Positions 10,812 through 19,237 of a DNA stretch of 64,000 bases are shown here, piece by piece (the first letter of the stretch is position 1; each line of letters opens with the position of its first letter). Where the stretch lies: contig CAYXSM010000002.1 of NCBI GenBank assembly GCA_964466705.1, positions 76,983 to 140,982 on the forward strand, read 5' to 3'. The translations under genes and the position numbers were made by a program. This DNA is from an uncultured Rikenellaceae bacterium. GTDB taxonomy: Bacteria; Bacteroidota; Bacteroidia; Bacteroidales; VadinHA17. Below the pieces are notes generated by a model. That model had not been told where the DNA came from. It saw only the letters and a program-made list of their open reading frames with translations, and searched no databases.

Positions 10812-11420
10812 TCAGTCTATATCCTTGAACATTCTTTTCTGGAAAAGAACTATGATTATTACACCACAGGTTATTGCCGAATCAGCAATATTAAATACAG
10901 GTCTGAAGAAAACAAAAGATTCGCCCGGCCGAAAAGGTGACCACTCAGGCCATTGAGTATTTAATACCGGGAAATAAAACATGTCTACCACTTTCCCCTG
11001 AAGGAAAGACGAATAGCCTCCACCCGGAGGAAACACAACAGCAGGACTGCTGAAGCTTTCACTGAAAATGATTCCATAGAATGCACTGTCGATCATATTG
11101 CCTATTGCCCCGGCCATTATTGCACTTACACATAGAATCAATCCCAGATTTGTTTTTTTCCTGATAAGGGATGACAGGAACCATCCTATGGCAATTATAG
11201 CTCCAAGCCTGAAAATACTAAGAATCAGCTTGCCCGTCTTCCCGCCAATCTCCATCCCGAAAGCCATTCCGTTATTTTCGATAAAATGCAACAGTCCCCA
11301 GCTGCCGAATAGTTTTATTTCCTGACCTATCACCATATTGGTTTTAACCCAGACTTTCAGGATCTGATCGAGGATCAGGATAATTACTATAAACAAAACC
11401 GCCTTTTTCCCTGAAGACAT
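10812..11420 (-). CDS. lspA: lipoprotein signal peptidase II
   Basis: ENNGMAFGM and FNIADSAI catalytic-Asp motifs with four TM segments. Confidence 0.85.
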   Translation of the reverse strand: MSSGKKAVLFIVIILILDQILKVWVKTNMVIGQEIKLFGSWGLLHFIENNGMAFGMEIGGKTGKLILSIFRLGAIIAIGWFLSSLIRKKTNLGLILCVSAIMAGAIGNMIDSAFYGIIFSESFSSPAVVFPPGGGYSSFLQGKVVDMFYFPVLNTQWPEWSPFRPGESFVFFRPVFNIADSAITCGVIIIVLFQKRMFKDID

Positions 11421-11596
11421 TATTCTGGCTTTAAAGATTCAGGTGCGCAAAATAGCAAAAAAACAAAGACAAAAACCGAAATATTAATATTTGACAGATT
11501 CATGCCAGGCTGAAAATAGCAGATATTTACCATGATCCCAATGATTAAGTCGGATGTGATACAAATGAGATCGAATGGTGCAAAAGGTAGCAGGAA

Positions 11597-12430
11597 TCAA
11601 GGACAGGTTGTGTTTAGGCGATTGCTGTCCCAGCAATACCAGGCATCATCGCCGAAATGGTTTTCACACCTGACTCTTCCGTTACGGCCGGCTATGTTCC
11701 ATTCAATCCTGAGATCATAAAACTGAAGAAAAGTTGCATGATAGAAATGAATATCGAAATAAGCATCATAAGGTCCGGTAATCAAACCGTATTCGATATA
11801 GCTGTTTGCAAATGGATTCCCGGCTTTGATGTAGGTGTACTTGATTTTTGTCACAGAGTTTCCGCTTCGGGTCCAGTCTATCTGCAGCAGGGGAACCTGG
11901 TTCTGGTAGCTCTCATATAGTATCCATTGCCCGCTGCTTCCGTCTCTTGCGGAAGTTCCCTCAAACCATAGAAATTCTTCGAACTCACCAGCTCCTTCCT
12001 TGGAAATGAACATTTTCCACAATACATCGTCTGATCTGACCTGACCGGTCAAACGTGCTGAATATGTAACTGTTATCTGATCTATTGTAATGGTTGCATC
12101 ATAGTTCCATTCCCAGGTATCATTTCCGGTGTATTCCGGATTGCTGTTTGCGGCCAGCTGATAAGTCTTTACCGGGACTCCAAGAGTTACATGGATAATG
12201 GCTCTCCATATTAATGCAGTTCCTGCAGTAAAATCCCAGGTGCTGGTCTCAGTTCCCTTGGTTAAAAATTCCTCCTGGCCGGACTTGTTGCCTGGTTCAA
12301 AATTGCTGAAATCAATGTTCATGGTAGCTGCGGGAGGCAATACAGGAGGATCACCATGATCTTTGCTGCAACCCTGAACCATTGATAATAATATTACAGC
12401 AAAAAACATAAAAAACAGAGTATTTCTCAT
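11597..12430 (-). CDS. Trp-rich lipoprotein of unknown function
   Basis: Lipoprotein signal MRNTLFFMFFAVILLSMVQGC|SKD. About eleven Trp residues. C-terminal Cys triplet (C..x..C.W...C). I recognise no family. Confidence 0.6.
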   Translation of the reverse strand: MRNTLFFMFFAVILLSMVQGCSKDHGDPPVLPPAATMNIDFSNFEPGNKSGQEEFLTKGTETSTWDFTAGTALIWRAIIHVTLGVPVKTYQLAANSNPEYTGNDTWEWNYDATITIDQITVTYSARLTGQVRSDDVLWKMFISKEGAGEFEEFLWFEGTSARDGSSGQWILYESYQNQVPLLQIDWTRSGNSVTKIKYTYIKAGNPFANSYIEYGLITGPYDAYFDIHFYHATFLQFYDLRIEWNIAGRNGRVRCENHFGDDAWYCWDSNRLNTTCP

Positions 12431-12587
12431 GTTCCTATAATTTAGATATTACAAAAACGGAAAGTTAAACCAAAAATTATTTTTCTGAAAATATTGTATA
12501 AATTAATATTTATCAGCACAATTTTTTGGTACCACGGAAAATAGTATCCTTGAAATCAGGCAGACCAGCCTGCAGGCAAAAAACTTG

Positions 12588-12595
12588 TAAATTTG
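12588..12595 (+). promoter_or_regulatory. candidate Bacteroidota -7 promoter element TAAATTTG upstream of sod
   Basis: Exact match to TAnnTTTG. It lies 43 nt upstream of the ATG at 12638 and downstream of the ORF-track start at 12593, which argues against that start. Confidence 0.35.
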
Positions 12596-12637
12596 AACAA
12601 TAGATCATTTATGTTGTTTAACACAAAACTAACAATC

Positions 12638-13363
12638 ATGAAATTTACAAACAAACTTAAAACAATCGGTCTCGGGTTTGCCGCCATACTGCTGGTTTTT
12701 AATTTATTTGCCGGAGACCCTGAAAACACCAAGGAGGTAAATATGGAAAAATTTGATATTCATGTATTCCCGGCGTTACCATATGCCTATGATGCACTGG
12801 AACCTTACATTGATGCCCGTACTATGGAGATCCATTATGACAGGCATCACCGTGCTTATTTCAACAATTTTATAGCTGCAATCAAAGGTACACAGCTTGA
12901 TAAAAGTACAATTGAGCAAATATTTGCAAAAGTATCAGAAGCTGGTGATGCTGTAAGAAATAACGGCGGAGGTTTTTACAATCATGTCATTTTCTGGAAC
13001 AATTTATCTTCCGGATCAGGCGCTCCTTCAGTTGAATTAACTGAAGCCATAAATAAAACTTTTGGCTCCTTCGAAAAATTCAAGGAAGCATTCGACAACT
13101 CGGCGAAAACCCGTTTTGGAAGCGGCTGGGCATGGCTTTATGTCACACCTGACAAAAAGCTTGCCGTGGGAAGCACACCTAACCAGGATAATCCTCTTAT
13201 GGATGTTTCGCCAATTAAGGGAAAACCATTGCTGGCGCTCGATGTATGGGAACATGCCTACTATCTGAAGTATCAGAACAAGAGACCTGAATACATTGCG
13301 GCTTTCTGGAACGTTGTTAACTGGGATGAAGTCAACAGAAGATATAAAGAGGCCATGAAATAG
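12638..13363 (+). CDS. sodB: Fe/Mn superoxide dismutase with N-terminal signal peptide (alternative internal start at 12743)
   Basis: [23 protein letters not shown] and DVWEHAYYL motifs. In-frame signal-like [26 protein letters not shown]. An internal ATG at 12743 would give a canonical-length cytoplasmic enzyme. Confidence 0.85.
   Translation: MKFTNKLKTIGLGFAAILLVFNLFAGDPENTKEVNMEKFDIHVFPALPYAYDALEPYIDARTMEIHYDRHHRAYFNNFIAAIKGTQLDKSTIEQIFAKVSEAGDAVRNNGGGFYNHVIFWNNLSSGSGAPSVELTEAINKTFGSFEKFKEAFDNSAKTRFGSGWAWLYVTPDKKLAVGSTPNQDNPLMDVSPIKGKPLLALDVWEHAYYLKYQNKRPEYIAAFWNVVNWDEVNRRYKEAMK
12731..12738 (+). promoter_or_regulatory. Shine-Dalgarno-like AAGGAGGT 4 nt upstream of the internal sod ATG (12743)
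   Basis: Perfect anti-SD complement inside the sod reading frame. Most other genes in the window lack any SD. Confidence 0.4.
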
Positions 13364-13384
13364 GCAAAAAAAATTAGAGTCAAT

Positions 13385-13418
13385 AAAAAAAAGGGTGCCT
13401 CAGAAGGACACCCTTTTT
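13385..13418 (+). terminator. rho-independent terminator after sod (A-tract/T-tract flanked, potentially bidirectional)
   Basis: AAAAAAAAGGGTGCC-TCAGAA-GGaCACCCTTTTT: GC stem with one bulge, 6-nt loop, T-run. It starts 22 nt after the sod stop. Confidence 0.7.
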
Positions 13419-13689
13419 GATTTCTAAATCAATTCAATCTTTATTCAGCCATGTTACTTTACTCTGCTTTGGCAAAAGAAAACAACCAGAGAATAATAGC
13501 TCCCGATCTTGCCGGTCAATCCGTCCGGGCAGCAGGCAAGACCTTATTAAGTCTTTTCATCATAACTGTTGATTCAACAGCTGATATTATTAGCAGGCTG
13601 ATCAGTCAAACAGATAAAATTGTGCTATACGTTTATGGCCGAAGCTAGCGGTTCCAAAAAATTTGAAATCGGGTAATCGGATCAGATCA

Positions 13690-15336
13690 TCAGGTATACA
13701 AATACCTTTTGATCTTCATGGTAGCCGTTTTCTGAAAAGGGACAGGCTGAAGAACAACCACATTTATCTGACTGAATTTATTGACTTTTGAATTAACATA
13801 ATCTTTAAGCTCGGCAAATAATTCTTCTGTTTTCTCCCCGAACTGCCTTGTCACATCCTGTTTCAGGCTCTGGTATTTTTTTTCGAGCTCTTCCATATTA
13901 AAATGTACATATGCCACCAGTTTCCCCTTTTGCTGTATAACAAGAGATTCTACCACGTACCTGAAATTATTGATAACCGATTCAATCTCTTCAGGATATA
14001 TGTTCTCACCACTGGCTCCGACAATCATATTCTTCAACCTTCCTTTAATATAAAGGTTGTTATTTTCGTCAAAAACACCAAGATCTCCAGTTTTAAACCA
14101 ACCTTCCGGAGTAAGTACCTCTCTTGTCATTTCAGGTTCTTTAAAATACCCCTGCATCACGTTTGCACCCCTTGCCCAAATCTCTCCTTCACCGGTTTTC
14201 CTGTCAGGATTGTTTATTTTTAATTCAATACCTTCAATTGCGGGGCCGGTTGAATCAAAAACAGAATTTTTGGGATTGGCTCCGGCAAGCAAAGGAGAAG
14301 TTTCGGTAAGGCCATAACCTATCGCATAAGGAAACCTGGCTTCCAGAAGGAATTTTTCAACTTCCCTGTTAAGCTTGGCTCCGCCAATGCCATAAAATTT
14401 TAGCTTTCCGCCGAACGTTTTATAGAGTTTTTTGCCAGCAGCAAGGTTGAGTTTTTTTCTGAAGAATGGTATTTTATAGAGTATTTTAAGCAGAAGCTTA
14501 TCCCTGAATGCAGGCAGTATCTTGTTGAAATATATTTTTTCAATAATAAGGGGAACAGTCAGCATCACGCTAGGTTTTATCTCATCCAGGGCGGGTAGCA
14601 AAACAGCTGGTGTTGGTGGTTTTCTGAGATAATAGACACATGATCCGCAAAGCATTGGAAGGATAAGGCCCAGTGTGTTTTCATAAGTATGGGATAACGG
14701 CAACACTGACAGGAATCTGTCATTTTCGTCCAGTGGTTGTATAACCCTGCCTTTTAGAGCATTGAAGGAGATATTTTTATGTGTCAGCATTACCCCCTTT
14801 GAACGGCCTGTGGTTCCTGAAGTATAAATAATTGAGGCGAGGTCTTCTTCTTTTACATCATATGTGTTGTCGGGAATTGCAGCGGGATCAAAGCTTAATG
14901 AGGTTCCATCTGTAAAAATAATATCGTAAGTGTCGATCTGAATTGCTGTCTTCAGGTATTCAGACCGCAGATTTTCGATTTTTGGAACAAGGGCAGATGA
15001 AACAAAAACAGCTCTGGCTTCTGAATGTATCAGAATATTTTCTATTTCTGTTGATGAAAAGTCAGGAAGAATGGGAACTGCAACCGCGCCCATAAAAGTG
15101 ATCGCAAAATATGCACTGCTCCAGTTGGGCATGTTGGTACTAAGTATTGCAACCCTGTCACCAGGGATTATACCACACTTTTCAAGGAGTGCAATCAGCG
15201 CAGAAATCTCTCTGGCTGATTCATTGTAACTTCTCGGCTTTTCCCCTGCAAATGCATAAGCGTTATGATTTCCGAACCTTTTCAGAGTTTCACTGAATAA
15301 AGCCGGAAAGGTTAAATGATTCCCCGAATTCTCCAT
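13690..15336 (-). CDS. AMP-dependent synthetase / long-chain fatty-acid-CoA ligase
   Basis: AMP-binding signature YTSGTTGRSKGVMLTH plus GYGLTETS and GWFKTGD motifs. 548 aa. Confidence 0.85.
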   Translation of the reverse strand: MENSGNHLTFPALFSETLKRFGNHNAYAFAGEKPRSYNESAREISALIALLEKCGIIPGDRVAILSTNMPNWSSAYFAITFMGAVAVPILPDFSSTEIENILIHSEARAVFVSSALVPKIENLRSEYLKTAIQIDTYDIIFTDGTSLSFDPAAIPDNTYDVKEEDLASIIYTSGTTGRSKGVMLTHKNISFNALKGRVIQPLDENDRFLSVLPLSHTYENTLGLILPMLCGSCVYYLRKPPTPAVLLPALDEIKPSVMLTVPLIIEKIYFNKILPAFRDKLLLKILYKIPFFRKKLNLAAGKKLYKTFGGKLKFYGIGGAKLNREVEKFLLEARFPYAIGYGLTETSPLLAGANPKNSVFDSTGPAIEGIELKINNPDRKTGEGEIWARGANVMQGYFKEPEMTREVLTPEGWFKTGDLGVFDENNNLYIKGRLKNMIVGASGENIYPEEIESVINNFRYVVESLVIQQKGKLVAYVHFNMEELEKKYQSLKQDVTRQFGEKTEELFAELKDYVNSKVNKFSQINVVVLQPVPFQKTATMKIKRYLYT

Positions 15337-15484
15337 TTAGTACCTGGTTTTGAAATGAATTGAGGGGACAAAGATATTCTTTTTGTCGTCATATCATGTT
15401 CATTTTATGTTAAATATTCCTTAATCACATTCAAAACAGCAAGGCAGACTCCTCATTACCGGAACATTTATCGGACATAATGGT

Positions 15485-15492
15485 TAAATTTG
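15485..15492 (+). promoter_or_regulatory. candidate -7 promoter element TAAATTTG for queD-polA
   Basis: Exact TAnnTTTG ending 22 nt upstream of the queD ATG. Confidence 0.4.
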
Positions 15493-15514
15493 TATTTAAA
15501 TACTTCCTCTGACA

Positions 15515-15982
15515 ATGGCAGCAACAATCAGGGTAACGAAAGAATTTTCTTTTGAGATGTCGCATGTCTTATCGGATTACGATGGTCCATGCAGGAACGT
15601 CCACGGGCATTCCTATCGTCTTTTTGTAACACTTGCCGGCATACCTGTCAATGAACACGGACATCCGAAAAACGGTATGGTGATCGATTTCAATGATATA
15701 AAAAAAATTGTATACAGGGAAATTGTCTCCGTATTTGATCATTCCGTGGTAATAAGCGATGACCTGGAAGCAGGCAGGCTGGAGTTGTTAAAAAAAATGC
15801 TCGGGAACATTGTTGTAACAGGGTATCAGCCTACATGTGAAAACCTTGTAACAGATTTTGCCTCACGTATCAAAGCCCGGCTTCCCGGAAATGTCAAACT
15901 TCACAGCCTGAGGCTGTACGAAACGGCAACTTCTTTTGCCGAATGGTTTGCTTCAGACAATGAACAACCACATTATGAATAA
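15515..15982 (+). CDS. queD: 6-carboxy-5,6,7,8-tetrahydropterin synthase
   Basis: CRNVHGHSY zinc/catalytic motif in a 155-aa PTPS-fold protein. Confidence 0.85.
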   Translation: MAATIRVTKEFSFEMSHVLSDYDGPCRNVHGHSYRLFVTLAGIPVNEHGHPKNGMVIDFNDIKKIVYREIVSVFDHSVVISDDLEAGRLELLKKMLGNIVVTGYQPTCENLVTDFASRIKARLPGNVKLHSLRLYETATSFAEWFASDNEQPHYE

Positions 15983-18782
15983 AGATCAATCAAAACAACG
16001 GCTTTTTCTTCTGGACGCATATGCACTGATCTTCCGCTCCTATTATGCTTTTATAAAAACCCCGAGGATAACATCAAAAGGACTTAACACTTCGGCCATC
16101 TTTGGCTTCCTTCTGACACTGGAGGAAGTGTTGAATAAACAAAAGCCAAGTCATATCGCAGTAGCCTTTGACACTCCGGCCCCTACCTTCAGGCACGAGA
16201 TGTACAAAGCATATAAGGCTACCCGCGATGAGGCTCCGGAGGATATTAAAGCTGCGGTTCCGTATATAAAGCGACTGCTTGAGGCATACAAAATTCCTGT
16301 AATAGATTGTCCGGGCTTTGAGGCGGATGATGTGATAGGAACACTGGCAAAAAAAGCAGCCGGCCAGGGATTTGTTACCTTTATGATGACTCCAGATAAG
16401 GATTTTGCACAACTTGTCTCGGAAAAAATTTTCATGTTCAAGCCTTCAAGAAGTGGCAATGAGTCAGTGATCTGGGGAGAAGAAGAAGTAAAACGGGAGT
16501 TTTCTGTTCAAAAACCGGAACAGGTTATTGATGTACTGGCACTGATGGGTGATGCTTCGGACAATATACCGGGAGCCCCTGGAGTAGGACCTAAAACAGC
16601 CATGAAGCTTATTTCAGAATACGGATCGATCGAAAAACTTTTTAATAATACAGGCAACCTTAAGGGAAAGCTGAAGGAGATAATAGATAATAACCGGGAA
16701 CAAATTGAGATTTCCAAAAAACTTGCAACAATTGATCAGAATGTTCCTGTTCCGTTCAATCATGAAGAATTTGAAAAAGAAGATCCTGATATTGAAAAAC
16801 TAAAAATACTTTTTGACGAGCTTGAATTCAAAACAATTGCCAACAGGATCTTTAAGGAATCACAGATTCATGCTATACAACCTGAACAAAAGGAAGATTT
16901 CGCAAAACAAGATGTAAATACCCAGGGATCTCTTTTCAGCAGTTCTTCAGGCAGCATTGTTTCAGGGAATACAAATAATGCCGGAACAGTTCCTCATAAT
17001 TATATTCTTCTGGAAGACGAAAAAGCGGTAAAAGATTTTACTGAAAAAGTATTATCGCTTGAAAAGTTCTGTTTTGATACTGAAACCACAAGTATTAATG
17101 CACTCGATTCGGAACTTGTTGCGCTGGCGTTTTCATGGGAAAAAGGTGAAGGCTGGCTGATCCATTTTTCTGAATCGCGTCAGGATACTCTGAGGCTTCT
17201 TAAAATCCTGAAGCCAATTTTTGAGAATAAGAATATAATAAAAGTCGGGCAGAATCTGAAATTTGACATCCAGGTTCTGGCAAATTACGATATTGAAGTT
17301 AAAGGTCCGCTTTTTGACACTATGATAGCACATTACCTTCTGGAACCTGATATGAGGCATAATATGAATCTTCTGTCGGAAACGTATCTCTCATATACTC
17401 CCGTGCACATTGAATCACTGATAGGAGAGAAAGGTGAAGATCAAAAAAATATGCGCTCAGTTCCTGTTGATAAAATTAAGGAATATGCCGTCGAAGATGC
17501 CGACGTTACATGGCAGCTCAGGGAAGTATTTGAACCAATGCTCAGATCAGAGGATTTATCCGGCCTGGCAGCAAATATTGAAATGCCGCTCATATATGTA
17601 CTGGCAGAAATGGAAAGAAACGGGGTAAAACTTAACCAGGAGGATCTGAAGACAATAGCTGGCGAATTGCGAAATGATATTGTTTCGCTGGAAAAAGAAA
17701 TCTACTCTCTTGCGGGTACCGAATTTAACATTTCGTCACCAAAGCAGCTCGGGGATATATTATTTCTTCGCTTAAAGCTCGATGACAACGCAAGAAAGAC
17801 CAAAACAAAACAGTTCGTTACAAATGAGGAAATACTCCAGAGGCTGGCCGGAAGGCATCCGATAATCAATAAAGTGCTTGAATACAGGGGACTCAGGAAA
17901 CTTTTGTCAACATACGTTGAGGCCCTTCCCCAGCTTGTTAATACAAAAACAGGCCGTATCCATACCAGCTTTAACCAGGCTGTAACGGCAACCGGGCGGC
18001 TAAGCTCAACTAATCCTAATCTTCAGAATATACCGGTCAGGGATGACAGAGGCCGTGAAATAAGAAAGGCATTTGTGCCCGATGATGGCTTTGTGTTTTT
18101 TTCAGCCGATTATTCGCAGATTGAATTGAGATTAATGGCTCATCTGAGTAAGGATGAAAGCATGATAGCTGATTTTATGTCGGGAAATGACATTCACGCT
18201 GCAACTGCGTCAAAAATATTCGGAGTGCCGATTGAAGAAGTCACAAGGGAAATGCGCAGCAGGGCAAAAACTGCAAACTTCGGTATCATTTACGGCATTT
18301 CATCGTATGGATTGTCCGAAAGACTTACCATTGGACGAAAAGATGCAAAAGATCTGATCGAGGGTTATTTCAGCTCATATCCGGGGGTAAAGAAATACAT
18401 GGATGAAAGTATCAGAATCGCCAGGGGAAAGGGCTATGTAACTACAATGTTTGGCAGGAGAAGGCATCTGCGTGATATTCATTCAAGAAACCAGGTTGTC
18501 AGGGGAAATGCTGAAAGAAATGCTATAAATGCCCCCATACAGGGAAGTGCAGCTGATATTATCAAGATAGCCATGGTAAGAATACATGAAAAACTGAAAT
18601 CGGAAAATCTTTCCTCAAAAATGATTCTTCAGGTTCATGATGAGCTGATTTTTGAAGTTCCTGTTTCCGAGCTGGATTTGCTGAAGGAAATGGTGATATC
18701 TGAGATGACAAATGCTGCCAGTCTCGATGTCCCTTTGAAAGTTGACTGGGGCTCCGGCAAAAACTGGCTGGAGGCACATTGA
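15975..18782 (+). CDS. polA: DNA polymerase I
   Basis: 5'-nuclease N-terminus (LFLLDAYALIFRSYYA), ExoI FDTETTS, and pol motifs A DYSQIELR, B RSRAKTANFGIIYG and C QVHDEL. The ATG at 15975 overlaps the queD stop by 8 nt. Confidence 0.95.
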   Translation: MNKDQSKQRLFLLDAYALIFRSYYAFIKTPRITSKGLNTSAIFGFLLTLEEVLNKQKPSHIAVAFDTPAPTFRHEMYKAYKATRDEAPEDIKAAVPYIKRLLEAYKIPVIDCPGFEADDVIGTLAKKAAGQGFVTFMMTPDKDFAQLVSEKIFMFKPSRSGNESVIWGEEEVKREFSVQKPEQVIDVLALMGDASDNIPGAPGVGPKTAMKLISEYGSIEKLFNNTGNLKGKLKEIIDNNREQIEISKKLATIDQNVPVPFNHEEFEKEDPDIEKLKILFDELEFKTIANRIFKESQIHAIQPEQKEDFAKQDVNTQGSLFSSSSGSIVSGNTNNAGTVPHNYILLEDEKAVKDFTEKVLSLEKFCFDTETTSINALDSELVALAFSWEKGEGWLIHFSESRQDTLRLLKILKPIFENKNIIKVGQNLKFDIQVLANYDIEVKGPLFDTMIAHYLLEPDMRHNMNLLSETYLSYTPVHIESLIGEKGEDQKNMRSVPVDKIKEYAVEDADVTWQLREVFEPMLRSEDLSGLAANIEMPLIYVLAEMERNGVKLNQEDLKTIAGELRNDIVSLEKEIYSLAGTEFNISSPKQLGDILFLRLKLDDNARKTKTKQFVTNEEILQRLAGRHPIINKVLEYRGLRKLLSTYVEALPQLVNTKTGRIHTSFNQAVTATGRLSSTNPNLQNIPVRDDRGREIRKAFVPDDGFVFFSADYSQIELRLMAHLSKDESMIADFMSGNDIHAATASKIFGVPIEEVTREMRSRAKTANFGIIYGISSYGLSERLTIGRKDAKDLIEGYFSSYPGVKKYMDESIRIARGKGYVTTMFGRRRHLRDIHSRNQVVRGNAERNAINAPIQGSAADIIKIAMVRIHEKLKSENLSSKMILQVHDELIFEVPVSELDLLKEMVISEMTNAASLDVPLKVDWGSGKNWLEAH

Positions 18783-18840
18783 AAGATGATGGGCAGGAGG
18801 CAAATACCTGCCGGAAAGAATATCAACAATAAATACTTGA

Positions 18841-19074
18841 ATGGAGATAAATGTTTTATTTTTCGGGGAGATTTCCGGACTGACCGGAGTATTCCAGAAG
18901 CACTACCGTAGCGTAAGCTCATTTAGCGATCTTCTTCACAGGATTGAAGATGATTTCCCGGAGATTATTCATTATCCATTCCGAATTGCAGTAAACAATC
19001 AGATAATAAATAATGAACCGGAACTGAATTGTGGGGATGAGGTGGCTTTTCTGCCGCCCTTTTACGGGGACTGA
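18841..19074 (+). CDS. MoaD/ThiS-family ubiquitin-fold protein with non-canonical C-terminus (..PPFYGD)
   Basis: 77 aa. VLFFGE...GDEVAFLPPFYGD parallels the MoaD ..GDEVAFFPPVTGG pattern, but the terminal Gly is Asp (GAC at 19069-19071). Confidence 0.65.
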   Translation: MEINVLFFGEISGLTGVFQKHYRSVSSFSDLLHRIEDDFPEIIHYPFRIAVNNQIINNEPELNCGDEVAFLPPFYGD

Positions 19075-19237
19075 CAAAAAAAAGGATTATGTGAAAAGTA
19101 TGCGGATAATCAACTATCTGTACATTTTAAACAGTTATATCCGGATTGAACAGGAAAGAGGCCTTCACAGGGAACAATCTAATCTGCAATGAACCGTTTC
19201 GGTCTGCCTGTTCTTCCGGGAATAAGCGTGAACCTTT

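Noticed and set aside
13451-13648. 65-aa plus-strand ORF in the sod / acyl-CoA ligase spacer
   Set aside because: It lies downstream of a strong terminator with no promoter motif in front, and the protein has no features.
15936-15974. Upstream extension of polA (MPNGLLQTMNNHI...)
   Set aside because: The extension lies wholly inside the queD coding sequence and is not part of the conserved Pol I N-terminus. The ATG at 15975 gives the canonical KRLFLLDAY start.
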